Of a stretch of DNA of 64,000 nt, positions 10,436 through 19,123 are shown one piece after another (the stretch's first letter is position 1; each line of letters opens with the position of its first letter). The notes under the pieces were generated by a model. The model was not told the DNA's origin, searched no databases, and saw only the letters and a program-made list of their open reading frames with translations. The DNA lies in the NCBI GenBank assembly GCA_963705305.1, contig OY970067.1, positions 1,984,001 to 2,048,000 on the forward strand. The letters run 5' to 3'. The stretch comes from an uncultured Methylomirabilota bacterium. GTDB lineage: Bacteria > Methylomirabilota > Methylomirabilia > Methylomirabilales > 2-02-FULL-66-22. A program made the translations under genes and the position numbers.

Positions 10436-10486
10436 CGAAGTGGGCGTGACGCCGGGGTGCACCTCCGACATCAAAAGGGGAGATCG

Positions 10487-10954
10487 ATGACGACGGAGAG
10501 CGGGTTCGTTCTCGTGGCGAGAGGGGCGATCGTCGCGGTCGCGTTGGTCTGGGGGATGTTGCTGGTGCCATCCCCGGCCACGGCCGACGGGGCACTGGCG
10601 GTCGGCGTTCCCCCCGACGTTGGGAAGGACGGCTTCGCCTATGGCCGGAATATCAACTCACCCAGCGAGGAGACGGCGCGCCAGAAGGCGCTCGAACTCT
10701 GCAGCACCGCCAAGGAGTCGACCGACACGGCCCGCCGGCTGTGCACCGTGGTGATGAGCTTCCACCGTCAATGCGTCTCCGTCGCCATGGACCCCAAAGC
10801 CGGAACGCCCGGCGTCGGCTGGGCCGTCGCGCCCACCCGCGAGGCGGCAGAGCAGCAGGCCCTGAGCAACTGCATGGCCACGGCCGGTCCGGACCGGCGG
10901 CAGTTCTGCGTCAAGTCCGATTCGGCGTGCGACGAGGCGTCTCCAACCCCATGA
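10487..10954 (+). CDS. Secreted DUF4189-like cysteine-rich protein
   Basis: Signal peptide ending ATA-DG; two repeats of A...AL..C......C.V with six Cys. Confidence 0.75.
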   Translation: MTTESGFVLVARGAIVAVALVWGMLLVPSPATADGALAVGVPPDVGKDGFAYGRNINSPSEETARQKALELCSTAKESTDTARRLCTVVMSFHRQCVSVAMDPKAGTPGVGWAVAPTREAAEQQALSNCMATAGPDRRQFCVKSDSACDEASPTP

Positions 10955-11364
10955 CCGCCAGGCCGCCCGCCAGCGGCGCCCTGCGCGTGCGATGGGGTGG
11001 GGGAAGCTGCGAGGCGCTTCCTGGCGGGCGGGGGAATTCGGACATCGAGAAGGCCCGCGAAGCGGAGTGCCCCCTTCGGCCAATCGGATAGATTTGTCGC
11101 TGTGAATGGGGACACTCGGGATCCAGATGAGATCCGCAATCCGTCGGTGTGGCCGGTGGCGACGGGACCCATGGCATACTGACAGACAACGACAGTGACG
11201 GGCGTGGCCCTGGCTCAACGTTCCAGGTCTCTTTCGCTCTTCTTGCGCCTCGAAGGCCAGTCTTGTTAGCGTCCACCTGCATGCCACACATGTGATTCCC
11301 TGCAGATGTCTTCCCAGGGGGCCCCCCGAACCGCCGCGGGCCGCCGCCGGGCGTGGGAGTCATC

Positions 11365-11478
11365 GGCCGTCCACGGATAATCCACAGGCGATTCACGAAA
11401 AAAATGAAGTTATCCACACAGAAACATCTCCCATCCACAGGTTTCCCCCTTGTCCTAAACGGGGGAGCGACATAGCCT
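11365..11478 (+). promoter_or_regulatory. Phased DnaA-box array plus sigma-70-like promoter, copy 2
   Basis: TAATCCACA 11378, perfect TTATCCACA 11410 and CCATCCACA 11431; TTGTCC(11450)-17 nt-TAGCCT(11473); first 27 nt identical to copy 1. Confidence 0.75.
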
Positions 11479-11550
11479 ATTTACACGCGCTCGCCGCGAT
11501 TCACTCATACCATCCCCGTTCTTTGCAACAGCCGCAACGAGGCGGGACGG

Positions 11551-11769
11551 ATGCCGACAGATCCGGAATACTCGCCAGGATTGATCCAGACATGTGCCTG
11601 GTGCGGCTCGCGCGCGGACGGACCCGATGGGTTCGCCAGAAAGCCTGCCCGTTCGCTGCCGGTCAGTCACGGAATGTGTCCCGCTTGCCGCGAAGCGTTC
11701 CTCGCCACCTTGGCCGTCTGGCAGCTCTCCCTCCGCGTCGACGACCCCCTCGTTGACCACGAAGGCTGA
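11551..11769 (+). CDS. Small (72 aa) putative Zn-finger protein, CAWC...SHGMCPAC
   Basis: Two CxxC pairs with an SHG motif; GAGGCGG RBS-like sequence; conserved upstream module. Confidence 0.7.
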   Translation: MPTDPEYSPGLIQTCAWCGSRADGPDGFARKPARSLPVSHGMCPACREAFLATLAVWQLSLRVDDPLVDHEG

Positions 11770-11878
11770 GAAATCCTCTCCCGGGACGAATCCTTTTGGG
11801 CGGCCGCCCATTTCTGCCTCGTGGCAGTCCCCCTGCTTGCGGTGCCCCGCTCCTGCTTTCGCGGGGCGGACGGCTGAC

Positions 11879-11907
11879 TTGCGACACAGGCGTGTTTACG
11901 GTATGGT
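11879..11907 (+). promoter_or_regulatory. Sigma-70-like promoter
   Basis: TTGCGA-17 nt-TATGGT upstream of 11989. Confidence 0.5.
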
Positions 11908-11988
11908 GAGGTCATTGGCTGCGACTCGGGAAAGTTTTGAAGCCGTGCAAGAGAAAGGCTCCGCGGCGACAGCGGTGAGGAGGACGCG

Positions 11989-12324
11989 ATGGGACTGCTC
12001 CAGCGATTGACCTCGCTCTTCTCATCCTCCGGGCCGGCAGCGACCGATGATGCCATCCACGTGTATGTGGAATGCGGTCGCTGCAAGGCCAAGGTGCACG
12101 TCCGGCTGGACAGACGCCACGATCTCAGCATGGGAGACGAAGGCGGCTACTACGCGCGGAAAGAGATCATGGACAGCACCTGCTTCCGCCTGATGGCCGC
12201 CGAGATCACCCTCGACTCCGGCTACCGCATCCAGCGCCAGGAGATTCAGGGCGGCCGCTTCATCTCCCGGGAGGAATTCGAGGCGGCGGCCGGTCCGCAT
12301 GCAGCCCCCCCGAACCCCTCCTAA
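11989..12324 (+). CDS. Hypothetical protein with a CxxC...C motif
   Basis: Strong GAGGAGG RBS; ECGRC and STC; coding-like codon usage. Confidence 0.75.
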   Translation: MGLLQRLTSLFSSSGPAATDDAIHVYVECGRCKAKVHVRLDRRHDLSMGDEGGYYARKEIMDSTCFRLMAAEITLDSGYRIQRQEIQGGRFISREEFEAAAGPHAAPPNPS

Positions 12325-12368
12325 CCCCATTGCAAAAATACCTCACCGCCAAGGCGCCCGCTCCCCCG

Positions 12369-13337
12369 TCATCTCCCCAGCGCTTCCGGGTTGAGCAGCG
12401 AGGCCGGGCGCTCTCCCTGGAGCGCCTGGGCGAGGATCTGCGCCGAGCGTCGTCGAAGCTCAGGTTCCGCCTGCTCGGAGAACCAGGCTGCGTGCGGCGT
12501 CAGGAGGACGCGAGGCAGCGTCCGGATCGGGTGATCCAGCGGGAGCGGCTCGACCTCCAGCACGTCCAGCGCGGCACCGGCAATGCAGCCCTCCTGGAGA
12601 GCCCGGACCAGATCGTCGGTCACCACCAGCCCCCCGCGCGAGGTGTTTACCAGGAGGGCCGTGGGCTTCATCTGGCGCAAGGTTTCCATGCGGATGATGC
12701 CCCGGGTTTCCGAGGACAGCGGGGAGTGGAGGGTGAGGATATCGGCGCTCCGGAACAGGACATCCAAGCTCACCGGCTCGACGCCGGCGGCGGCGAACGC
12801 CTCCTGCGACAGGTAGGGATCGTATCCACGCAGGGTGAGGCCGAATCCCTTCGCCCGCGCGGCCACCGCCCGCCCCATGCGCCCCAGGCCCAAGATTCCC
12901 AGCGTTCTCCCCGCGAGGCGGTACACCGGCTTCAAGGGCTGTCCCCAGCCCGCCCGGCGCACCTGGGCATCTAGCTCGCCGATCCGGCGCGACCAGCTCA
13001 GGATCAGGGCCAGGGTGTGGTCGGCCACTTCCTCGATGCAGTAGTCCGGAACATTGCATACCATGATCCGGTGCTCCGTGGCGGCGGAAAGATCTACGCA
13101 GTCGTAGCCCACGCCCGTCCGCACCACTGCCCGGCATCGCGACAGGTGGGGGAACGCTCGCCGCCCTACCGGACAGTACGTCACGAGGAGGCCGTCGGCG
13201 TCCCGGCAGGCCTCTGCCACCTCTTCCTCCGTTCGGCACTGCGCCACCTTGAGCTCCGCGCCGATCTTGGCAAGCTCCTCGCGCTCGATGCCGGCATCGC
13301 TGTGGACCAGATCCGTGTACATGACCAGGAGTCCCAT
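12369..13337 (-). CDS. 2-hydroxyacid dehydrogenase, CtBP/phosphoglycerate dehydrogenase-like
   Basis: GVGYDCVD, NVPDYCIEEVADH, GLGRMG, NTSRG and TPHAAW motifs. Confidence 0.9.
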   Translation of the reverse strand: MGLLVMYTDLVHSDAGIEREELAKIGAELKVAQCRTEEEVAEACRDADGLLVTYCPVGRRAFPHLSRCRAVVRTGVGYDCVDLSAATEHRIMVCNVPDYCIEEVADHTLALILSWSRRIGELDAQVRRAGWGQPLKPVYRLAGRTLGILGLGRMGRAVAARAKGFGLTLRGYDPYLSQEAFAAAGVEPVSLDVLFRSADILTLHSPLSSETRGIIRMETLRQMKPTALLVNTSRGGLVVTDDLVRALQEGCIAGAALDVLEVEPLPLDHPIRTLPRVLLTPHAAWFSEQAEPELRRRSAQILAQALQGERPASLLNPEALGR

Positions 13338-13731
13338 GAGGCACCTCCACCAGCCGCGGTGTGGGAGCGGGCGAGCCTAACACCGCGCTCGCCCTCTCGA
13401 GTTATCGGAACGGGAGGGAAAGCGCGCCCGGTCCCATCCCGTGGGGATGAGCCGCCGCCCGCATCCCTCCAATTGCCGGCGAGAGTATCCTCGCTCCGAA
13501 CGCGTCATTGCAAGGCAAATTTGCGGCAAGCGGCGGCGACCCGGGGATTCCCCTTGTCAGCGGCGGGCTCTCCGAGGTAGAAAGACCCGTCCGCCGGCTC
13601 CGCAGTCCGGAGCATTCACGAAGAAGCTCGTGAATGCTCCCGAGCGAATGACCAATGACCAATTTCGCAAATCCTCTCGGCGGGTGCCGATCGCATGAGC
13701 GTCCTCTCACATCACAGGAGGTGGGGCGGGC

Positions 13732-14647
13732 ATGGAATCGCGAGGCCAAGCGCTCCTCAAGCGGCTGCAGTCCGAGGTGCTGGTGTTGGACGGGGCCATG
13801 GGAACGATGCTCTTCGCAGCCGGCCTGGAGAGCGGGAGCTGCCCGGAGCTCTGGAATGACCAGCGGCCCGACGTGCTCCGCGATATTCATCGGGCGTACT
13901 TCGACGCGGGGAGCGATTCTCGTCGAGACCAACACCTTCGGCGGGAGCCGGCTGAAGCTCCAGGCCTTCGGGCTGGAGGAACGAGCGCAGGAGCTGAATG
14001 AAAAAGCGGCGCGGCTGGCCCGATCCGTCTGCCCTCCCGGCCGGTTCGTGGCCGGCTCCATCGGACCGACCGGTCATTTGCCGGATACCTTCGAGCCGCT
14101 GGGGGACACGCCGGCCGAGGCCTTTTACCGAAGCTTTCGCGAGCAGGCGCTGGCCCTGGCCGCGGGGGGAGTGGACCTCTTTGCCGTCGAGACCATGATG
14201 ATTCCGGACGAGGCCGTGATCGCCGTCCGGGCCATCAAAGAGGCCACCGATCTTCCGGTGCTGTGCAGTATGACGTTCCAGTGGGCTCGGGAGAAGAATG
14301 TGGACCGAACCATGTGGGGGACGGACCCCGCCTCGGCTGCCCGCCAGCTCCGCGAGGCGGGGGCCGATGTGGTGGGGTGCAACTGCGGCGACGGCGGACC
14401 GGGTCGCGTGCCGATCATCCTTCGTCAGATGCGCGAAGCCGCCCCCGGATTCCTGGTCGCCTATCCGAATGCGGGGATCCCGCGGGTTGTCGACGGCCAG
14501 ACGGTGTACGACCTCTCCCCGGAGGACATGGCCGCCGCCTACCCGGCCATCCTGGACGCCGGGGCCAGCATCGTGGGAGCGTGCTGTGGCAGCACCCCGC
14601 AACACATCCGGCGAATCGCCGAGGTGGTGCGGCGCCGGGGCAAGTAG
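13732..14647 (+). pseudogene. Stand-alone homocysteine S-methyltransferase domain protein, frameshifted near 13918
   Basis: VLDGAMGTML in one frame; ETNTFGG, GSIGPTG, GCNC, PNAG.P and GACCG in the next; one extra T in GAT-T-CTC-GTC. Confidence 0.85.
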
Positions 14648-14907
14648 CGGGGCGGACAGCCGGTCGTTCGACAAACGGGCCGCGGTGCCCTCACCCTTCC
14701 TCACCCTTGGTCATTGCCAATTGGCCATTCGATCCAGAAGAGAAGAGATGCTGCGGCGGCCTTCATCGACTATTCACGGTGACCTTGAACCGAAGGGAAT
14801 TTTCAACCGCCGTGACGCCAAGATGGCCCCTTTCAATTTCGATACTCGAACTTCGACAATCGGATTTTTCCTTGGCGCCTTGGCGGTGAGATGCTTTCGG
14901 ATTGGGG

Positions 14908-15135
14908 TCAGGCAGGGGCGGGCTCGCTGCCGCCGATGGGGAAGTCCAGGATGACCCGACCGAGCTCGGGAATGGGGATTCGCCCCTTCATGCCGATGAT
15001 CTCGATGCCGAACAGGCGGCCGTGCTCATCCACATCGACCAGCAATCCTTCTTCCACCTTCCGCGTGCGACTGGCGCTTCCGTCCTGAAATTTGATGTAG
15101 AGGGCGTCGGCCTTGGGATCATAGCTGATTTTCAT
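14908..15135 (-). CDS. DUF2283 family protein (putative antitoxin)
   Basis: MKISYDPKADALYI...VDVDEHGRLFGIEI. Confidence 0.85.
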   Translation of the reverse strand: MKISYDPKADALYIKFQDGSASRTRKVEEGLLVDVDEHGRLFGIEIIGMKGRIPIPELGRVILDFPIGGSEPAPA

Positions 15136-15359
15136 GGAGATGGCTCCTGCCAGTAGGCCGTGATCACCTGGGTTTGCATCAGGTCCCGCAGGAAGACGAC
15201 CTCCAGGGTTCGCCGATCCATCTGCTTTCGGGCATGCCACCGTTTTTCGAAGCTGGGGCCGAGATGATCCGGGGCCTTCAGAACCGCCTGCACGTCCGCC
15301 TCCTCAATACCGCGGTCCAGCATGCGGCCTCGGGCATTCTTGGTGAACCTGACCTTCAT
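15132..15359 (-). CDS. DUF4258 family protein (putative RNase toxin)
   Basis: FTKNARGRMLDRGI...VITAY; ATGA overlap with the DUF2283 gene. Confidence 0.75.
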   Translation of the reverse strand: MKVRFTKNARGRMLDRGIEEADVQAVLKAPDHLGPSFEKRWHARKQMDRRTLEVVFLRDLMQTQVITAYWQEPSP

Positions 15360-15489
15360 GCCTCCCCCCAGGGCGACCACGGCCACCTTCAGCCCCCCGT
15401 ATTCGGATGCAGTCTACCACGCCGGGGGGAGCAGGGGAAGAGCCCGGACACCTTTGCAGGCCCTGCTTGACGTGGTATAACTCTCTTGC

Positions 15490-16299
15490 CTACAGGGCCT
15501 TCAGAAAACGAGCCAGGGCGTCGAAGTAGGCGTCCCCCCCCACGACGTAGGTGTCGTTGTGGTGGGCACCCGGGATGAGGTAGAAGGTTTTGGGCTCGTT
15601 GGCAGCCGCGTAGAGGCGGCGGGCCTGCTCGAGGGGAACGACCTCATCTTGATCCCCGTGGACGACCAGGATCGGGGTCCGTATCCCGGGGAGCTTGCGC
15701 GCCGATTCGTACTTGGTCCGGAGGAAGAAGAGCGGCACGTAGGGGTAGACGACCCGGGCAATATCCTTCAGGGAGGTGAACGCCGTCTCGAGGATGATGC
15801 CGGCAGGCGAATGACGCTGGGCCATTTCGACGGCGACGGCGGCGCCCAGGGATCGGCCGAAGTAGACCACGCGGCTGCCTGCCAGGTCCGGGCATCCGCG
15901 CACCCAGGCCAATGCCCCCTCGGCATCGCGGTAGGTGGCCTGTTCCGAGAGGGCGAACAGACTCCCCCCGCTTCGGCCGTACCCGCGATAGTCGAAAATG
16001 AAGACGTTGACCCCCAGCAGGTGGTGAACGTAGCGGATGTTGTTGACCCGGTGGCTGATGTTGCCCGCGTTCCCATGGAACCAGACGAGCGTGGCCTCGG
16101 CTCCCGGAGCGGGGATCAGCCAGCCGTGCAGTCGCACGCCGTCGCTGGCCGGGAACCAGATGTCTTCGTAGGCAAGCCCTTCGCTCCGCGGGGTTGCCTC
16201 GAGTTTCCGCTCCGGAAAATAGAGCGCGAATTTTTCCACCCCCAGGATCATGGCAATTCCCAGGATGCCCGCCGCCATCAGGGGGTTGCGCCAGCGCAT
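15490..16299 (-). CDS. Alpha/beta hydrolase (YfhR/ABHD13-like)
   Basis: FHGNAGN, DYRGYG, GRSLG nucleophile, HGDQDEVVP and GAHHND; start uncertain. Confidence 0.88.
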   Translation of the reverse strand: MRWRNPLMAAGILGIAMILGVEKFALYFPERKLEATPRSEGLAYEDIWFPASDGVRLHGWLIPAPGAEATLVWFHGNAGNISHRVNNIRYVHHLLGVNVFIFDYRGYGRSGGSLFALSEQATYRDAEGALAWVRGCPDLAGSRVVYFGRSLGAAVAVEMAQRHSPAGIILETAFTSLKDIARVVYPYVPLFFLRTKYESARKLPGIRTPILVVHGDQDEVVPLEQARRLYAAANEPKTFYLIPGAHHNDTYVVGGDAYFDALARFLKAL

Positions 16300-16406
16300 C
16301 GCGCGGACCGGGGAGTTCATGCTCGTTCGGCACAGCATGCCAGAGCGGGCCGAGGACGGCAAGGGCTAAAGCGCCCCACGCAGATCGCATAGCATCAAAG
16401 GGGATC

Positions 16407-17261
16407 ATGTCGAAACAACCTGCCAAGACGCCGCCTCCGTGTCGGCTTGCCTTCGCCAGACTGGTGAATACCCCGGAAGGCGCCGTGGATCTGGCGGAAG
16501 CCGCGCTGCTGATTGCCAAAGAAGAGTACCCCGATCTGGACGTGCGCCGCCATCTGACGAGGCTGGACCAGATGGGGGCCGCCGTGCACAGCCACGCCGG
16601 TCCCACGCGCGATCCATACCGCCTGATCGCGGCCCTGAACGACTACCTGTTCCGGGAACAGGGGTTTCACGGGAACCGGGAAGATTACTACGATCCGCGG
16701 AACAGCTTTCTGAACGACGTGCTGGACCGGCGGACCGGGATTCCCATTACGCTCTCCGTGGTGTACATGGAGGTCGCGCGGCGGATCGGCCTGCGCCTGC
16801 AGGGGGTCGGCATGCCGCGCCATTTCCTGGTCAAATACACGGGGCCCGACGAAGAGATTCTCATCAACGTCTTCGACGCGGGAACCCTGCTGTCGCGGGG
16901 CGACTGCCAGCGCCTCATGGATCGGCTGAGCGACGGGAAGCTGGCGTTCGAGCCCCGCTTCCTGGCGGCCGTGGACGTTCGGAAGATCCTCTTCCGCATG
17001 CTGACGAATCTGAAGGTCATCTACTTCAACCGGCAGGATTACGAGCGGGCGCTATCGATCGTGGAGCGACTGCTGATCCTGGTTCCCGATTCCGCCACCG
17101 AGATTCGCGACCGGGGACTGCTCTCCTCGCAGCTCCGACGGTATGCGGAGGCCATCGCCGACTTGGAGCGATATCTCCGGCAGGCGCCGCAGGCTGAGGA
17201 CGGCGAGGTCATTCGGGAGCATCTTCGGTCGCTTCGGCAGCGGGTGGTCACCTTGAATTGA
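16407..17261 (+). CDS. SirB1/YchA-like transglutaminase-core plus TPR protein
   Basis: GFHGNREDYYDPRNSFLNDVLDRRTGIPITLS, GMPRHFL and EIRDRGL motifs. Confidence 0.88.
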   Translation: MSKQPAKTPPPCRLAFARLVNTPEGAVDLAEAALLIAKEEYPDLDVRRHLTRLDQMGAAVHSHAGPTRDPYRLIAALNDYLFREQGFHGNREDYYDPRNSFLNDVLDRRTGIPITLSVVYMEVARRIGLRLQGVGMPRHFLVKYTGPDEEILINVFDAGTLLSRGDCQRLMDRLSDGKLAFEPRFLAAVDVRKILFRMLTNLKVIYFNRQDYERALSIVERLLILVPDSATEIRDRGLLSSQLRRYAEAIADLERYLRQAPQAEDGEVIREHLRSLRQRVVTLN

Positions 17262-17296
17262 CGCCGGCCGGGGGCCGGGAGCGCGGGGGGCCGAGC

Positions 17297-17839
17297 GTGA
17301 AAATCTACACCAAGTCGGGTGACGCGGGGGAGACCGGCCTGCTGGGCGGAGGGCGAGTGCGGAAGAACGCCCCGCGGGTCGAGGCGTGCGGGGAGCTGGA
17401 CGAGCTGAACGCCAGTCTCGGGCATGCCGGCGCGGCGTTGACCGATCCCGAGCTGTCCTCCCTCCTCACCGGGATCCAGCGCACACTGTTCGCGCTGGGG
17501 ACGCAGCTGGCGGACGCGCGGACAGAGAGACCGGCCGCGCCCCCCAAAGTGGCGGTCTCCTTTGAGACGGTGGCGGCCCTCGAACGGGCCATCGATCGTG
17601 CGGAGGAGGCGCTGTCGCCGCTGCAGGCCTTCGTCCTCCCGGGCGGCAGCGAGGCGGGTGCGCGCCTGCACCTGGCCCGAGCCGTCTGCCGCCGCGCGGA
17701 GCGGCGCATCGCCGGTCTGGCGGAGCACGCGGACGTTCCGCCCGTCATCCTGGCATACATGAACCGGCTCTCCGATCTGCTCTTCGTCCTGGCTCGGCTG
17801 GCGAACGCGCAGGCCGGATGCGCCGAGGTTCCCTGGTAG
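17297..17839 (+). CDS. pduO: ATP:cob(I)alamin adenosyltransferase, PduO type
   Basis: KIYTKSGDAGET, DELN, RAVCRRAER and NRLSDLLF motifs. Confidence 0.92.
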   Translation: MKIYTKSGDAGETGLLGGGRVRKNAPRVEACGELDELNASLGHAGAALTDPELSSLLTGIQRTLFALGTQLADARTERPAAPPKVAVSFETVAALERAIDRAEEALSPLQAFVLPGGSEAGARLHLARAVCRRAERRIAGLAEHADVPPVILAYMNRLSDLLFVLARLANAQAGCAEVPW

Positions 17840-17844
17840 GGGGA

Positions 17845-19113
17845 ATGATGGGCGGGCGCCATCCTGGAGAATCGCCGATCCGCCTCCTCCTGCAGGTCGG
17901 ACTCGGCGCCGTCTGGGTGTATGACGGACTGGTGACCAAGCTCCTTGCGCCGATGCCACACGTTCCCGGCTTCCTGGCGTCCTGGACCCCTCCCGGCGGC
18001 CACGCCCTTGTCCTCCGAGGCATCGGGGTCCTCGAGCTGGTCCTAGGCCTGCTGCTGCTCCAGGGGTGGATTCTCCAGGGGGCGGTGCTGGCGCACTGCC
18101 TGCTCCTGGGTGCCCTGAGCGCCGCGCTGATCGTCCTTCGGCCGGAATCACTGCTGGATGCAACAGGGGCCATTCCCCAGAACATCCCCCTGATCGCCGG
18201 CGGCATCGGCCTCCTCCTCATGACGGGCAGGCGGGCCGCGCCCGAATCCGCTGTTCCGCTGCTGCTCCGGATCGGCCTGGGGGGCATGTGGGCCTGCGAG
18301 GGCTTCCTCCTTGCGTGGTGGTCCCGAAGCGCCGGGGCGACCGAGATGCTGGAGCACACCGGGTTGATCGGGGCCCCTCACGTTCCGGCGTTCCTTCGGT
18401 GCCTGGGCGGCGTGGAGATGGCGCTGGCACTGACCCTGCTGATCGGGCTCTGGGTCCGCGGAATGGCGGTCCTCCAGGTACTCCTGCTCACGGCCGTCTC
18501 TGCCGTTGTGGGCTGGACGTCGCCGGCCTACCTGCAGGGAGGTCTGGGCGGGCTGGCCAAGAATCTGGGCCTCATCGGTTGCGCCCTGGTGCTGTACTGG
18601 ACGGGGGCCGGGGGATTCTCGTGCGACGCCTGGGTGGCCGGGAACGCGGCGTGTCGCCGCTGGAGTCTCCGGGGTGTCCTCTGGTGGAATCTGATCAGGA
18701 CGCTGGGAATGGAAGAGATGTACCGGCTCCAGCACGACGCCGCCCACGATACGCGCGTCGAGGAGACGCTGCAGGCGCTCCGGTTGGAGAACCGCCGCCT
18801 GGAGGCGGACATGCGCACCCTGGCCCGCCGTCATGGTGGCCGTCCGCCGGCCGGACCGGGGCTGGCCCGCGCGGGATTCTGGCTGTTGGGAGCGATGACG
18901 GTCGTCCTGGGAGTGCGCGCATCCCTCATCCTGGACCTCTGGCTGAAGAGGCGGGGCCTGCACTGGTACACACGGGCGGTGGACCTGCTCCCGCCGGATG
19001 AGGGCATCACCTACCGCGTCCTCCAGTCCATGCAGGAGCGGGAGACGAGCCAGGTCCGGGCGCTGCGGGAGGCCCTGCGGGCCGGCCGTGGGTCACACCG
19101 GCGACGGCGATAA
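17845..19113 (+). CDS. Membrane protein with two DoxX-like repeats and a degenerate ferritin-like (COQ7-like) C-terminal domain
   Basis: Two repeats of LG.VW..G...K...E..LG.....G...(K/Q)N; helical C-terminus with a GGRP...WLLG.MT..LG.RA pattern. Confidence 0.65.
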   Translation: MMGGRHPGESPIRLLLQVGLGAVWVYDGLVTKLLAPMPHVPGFLASWTPPGGHALVLRGIGVLELVLGLLLLQGWILQGAVLAHCLLLGALSAALIVLRPESLLDATGAIPQNIPLIAGGIGLLLMTGRRAAPESAVPLLLRIGLGGMWACEGFLLAWWSRSAGATEMLEHTGLIGAPHVPAFLRCLGGVEMALALTLLIGLWVRGMAVLQVLLLTAVSAVVGWTSPAYLQGGLGGLAKNLGLIGCALVLYWTGAGGFSCDAWVAGNAACRRWSLRGVLWWNLIRTLGMEEMYRLQHDAAHDTRVEETLQALRLENRRLEADMRTLARRHGGRPPAGPGLARAGFWLLGAMTVVLGVRASLILDLWLKRRGLHWYTRAVDLLPPDEGITYRVLQSMQERETSQVRALREALRAGRGSHRRRR

Positions 19114-19123
19114 GGAGGGACCG

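Noticed and set aside
11090..11300. Minus-strand CGMQVD (YHS/metal-binding-like) motif
   Set aside because: Too short, lacks the preceding DP and the downstream FCS motif; could be chance
10042..11478. Chromosomal origin (oriC) at the DnaA-box clusters
   Set aside because: No dnaA, dnaN, gyrB or parAB nearby and no obvious AT-rich unwinding element; the boxes abut a promoter and ORF in both copies, which fits regulation better
10042..11580. CRISPR array
   Set aside because: Only two copies 1.3 kb apart, no repeat-spacer periodicity and no cas genes in the window
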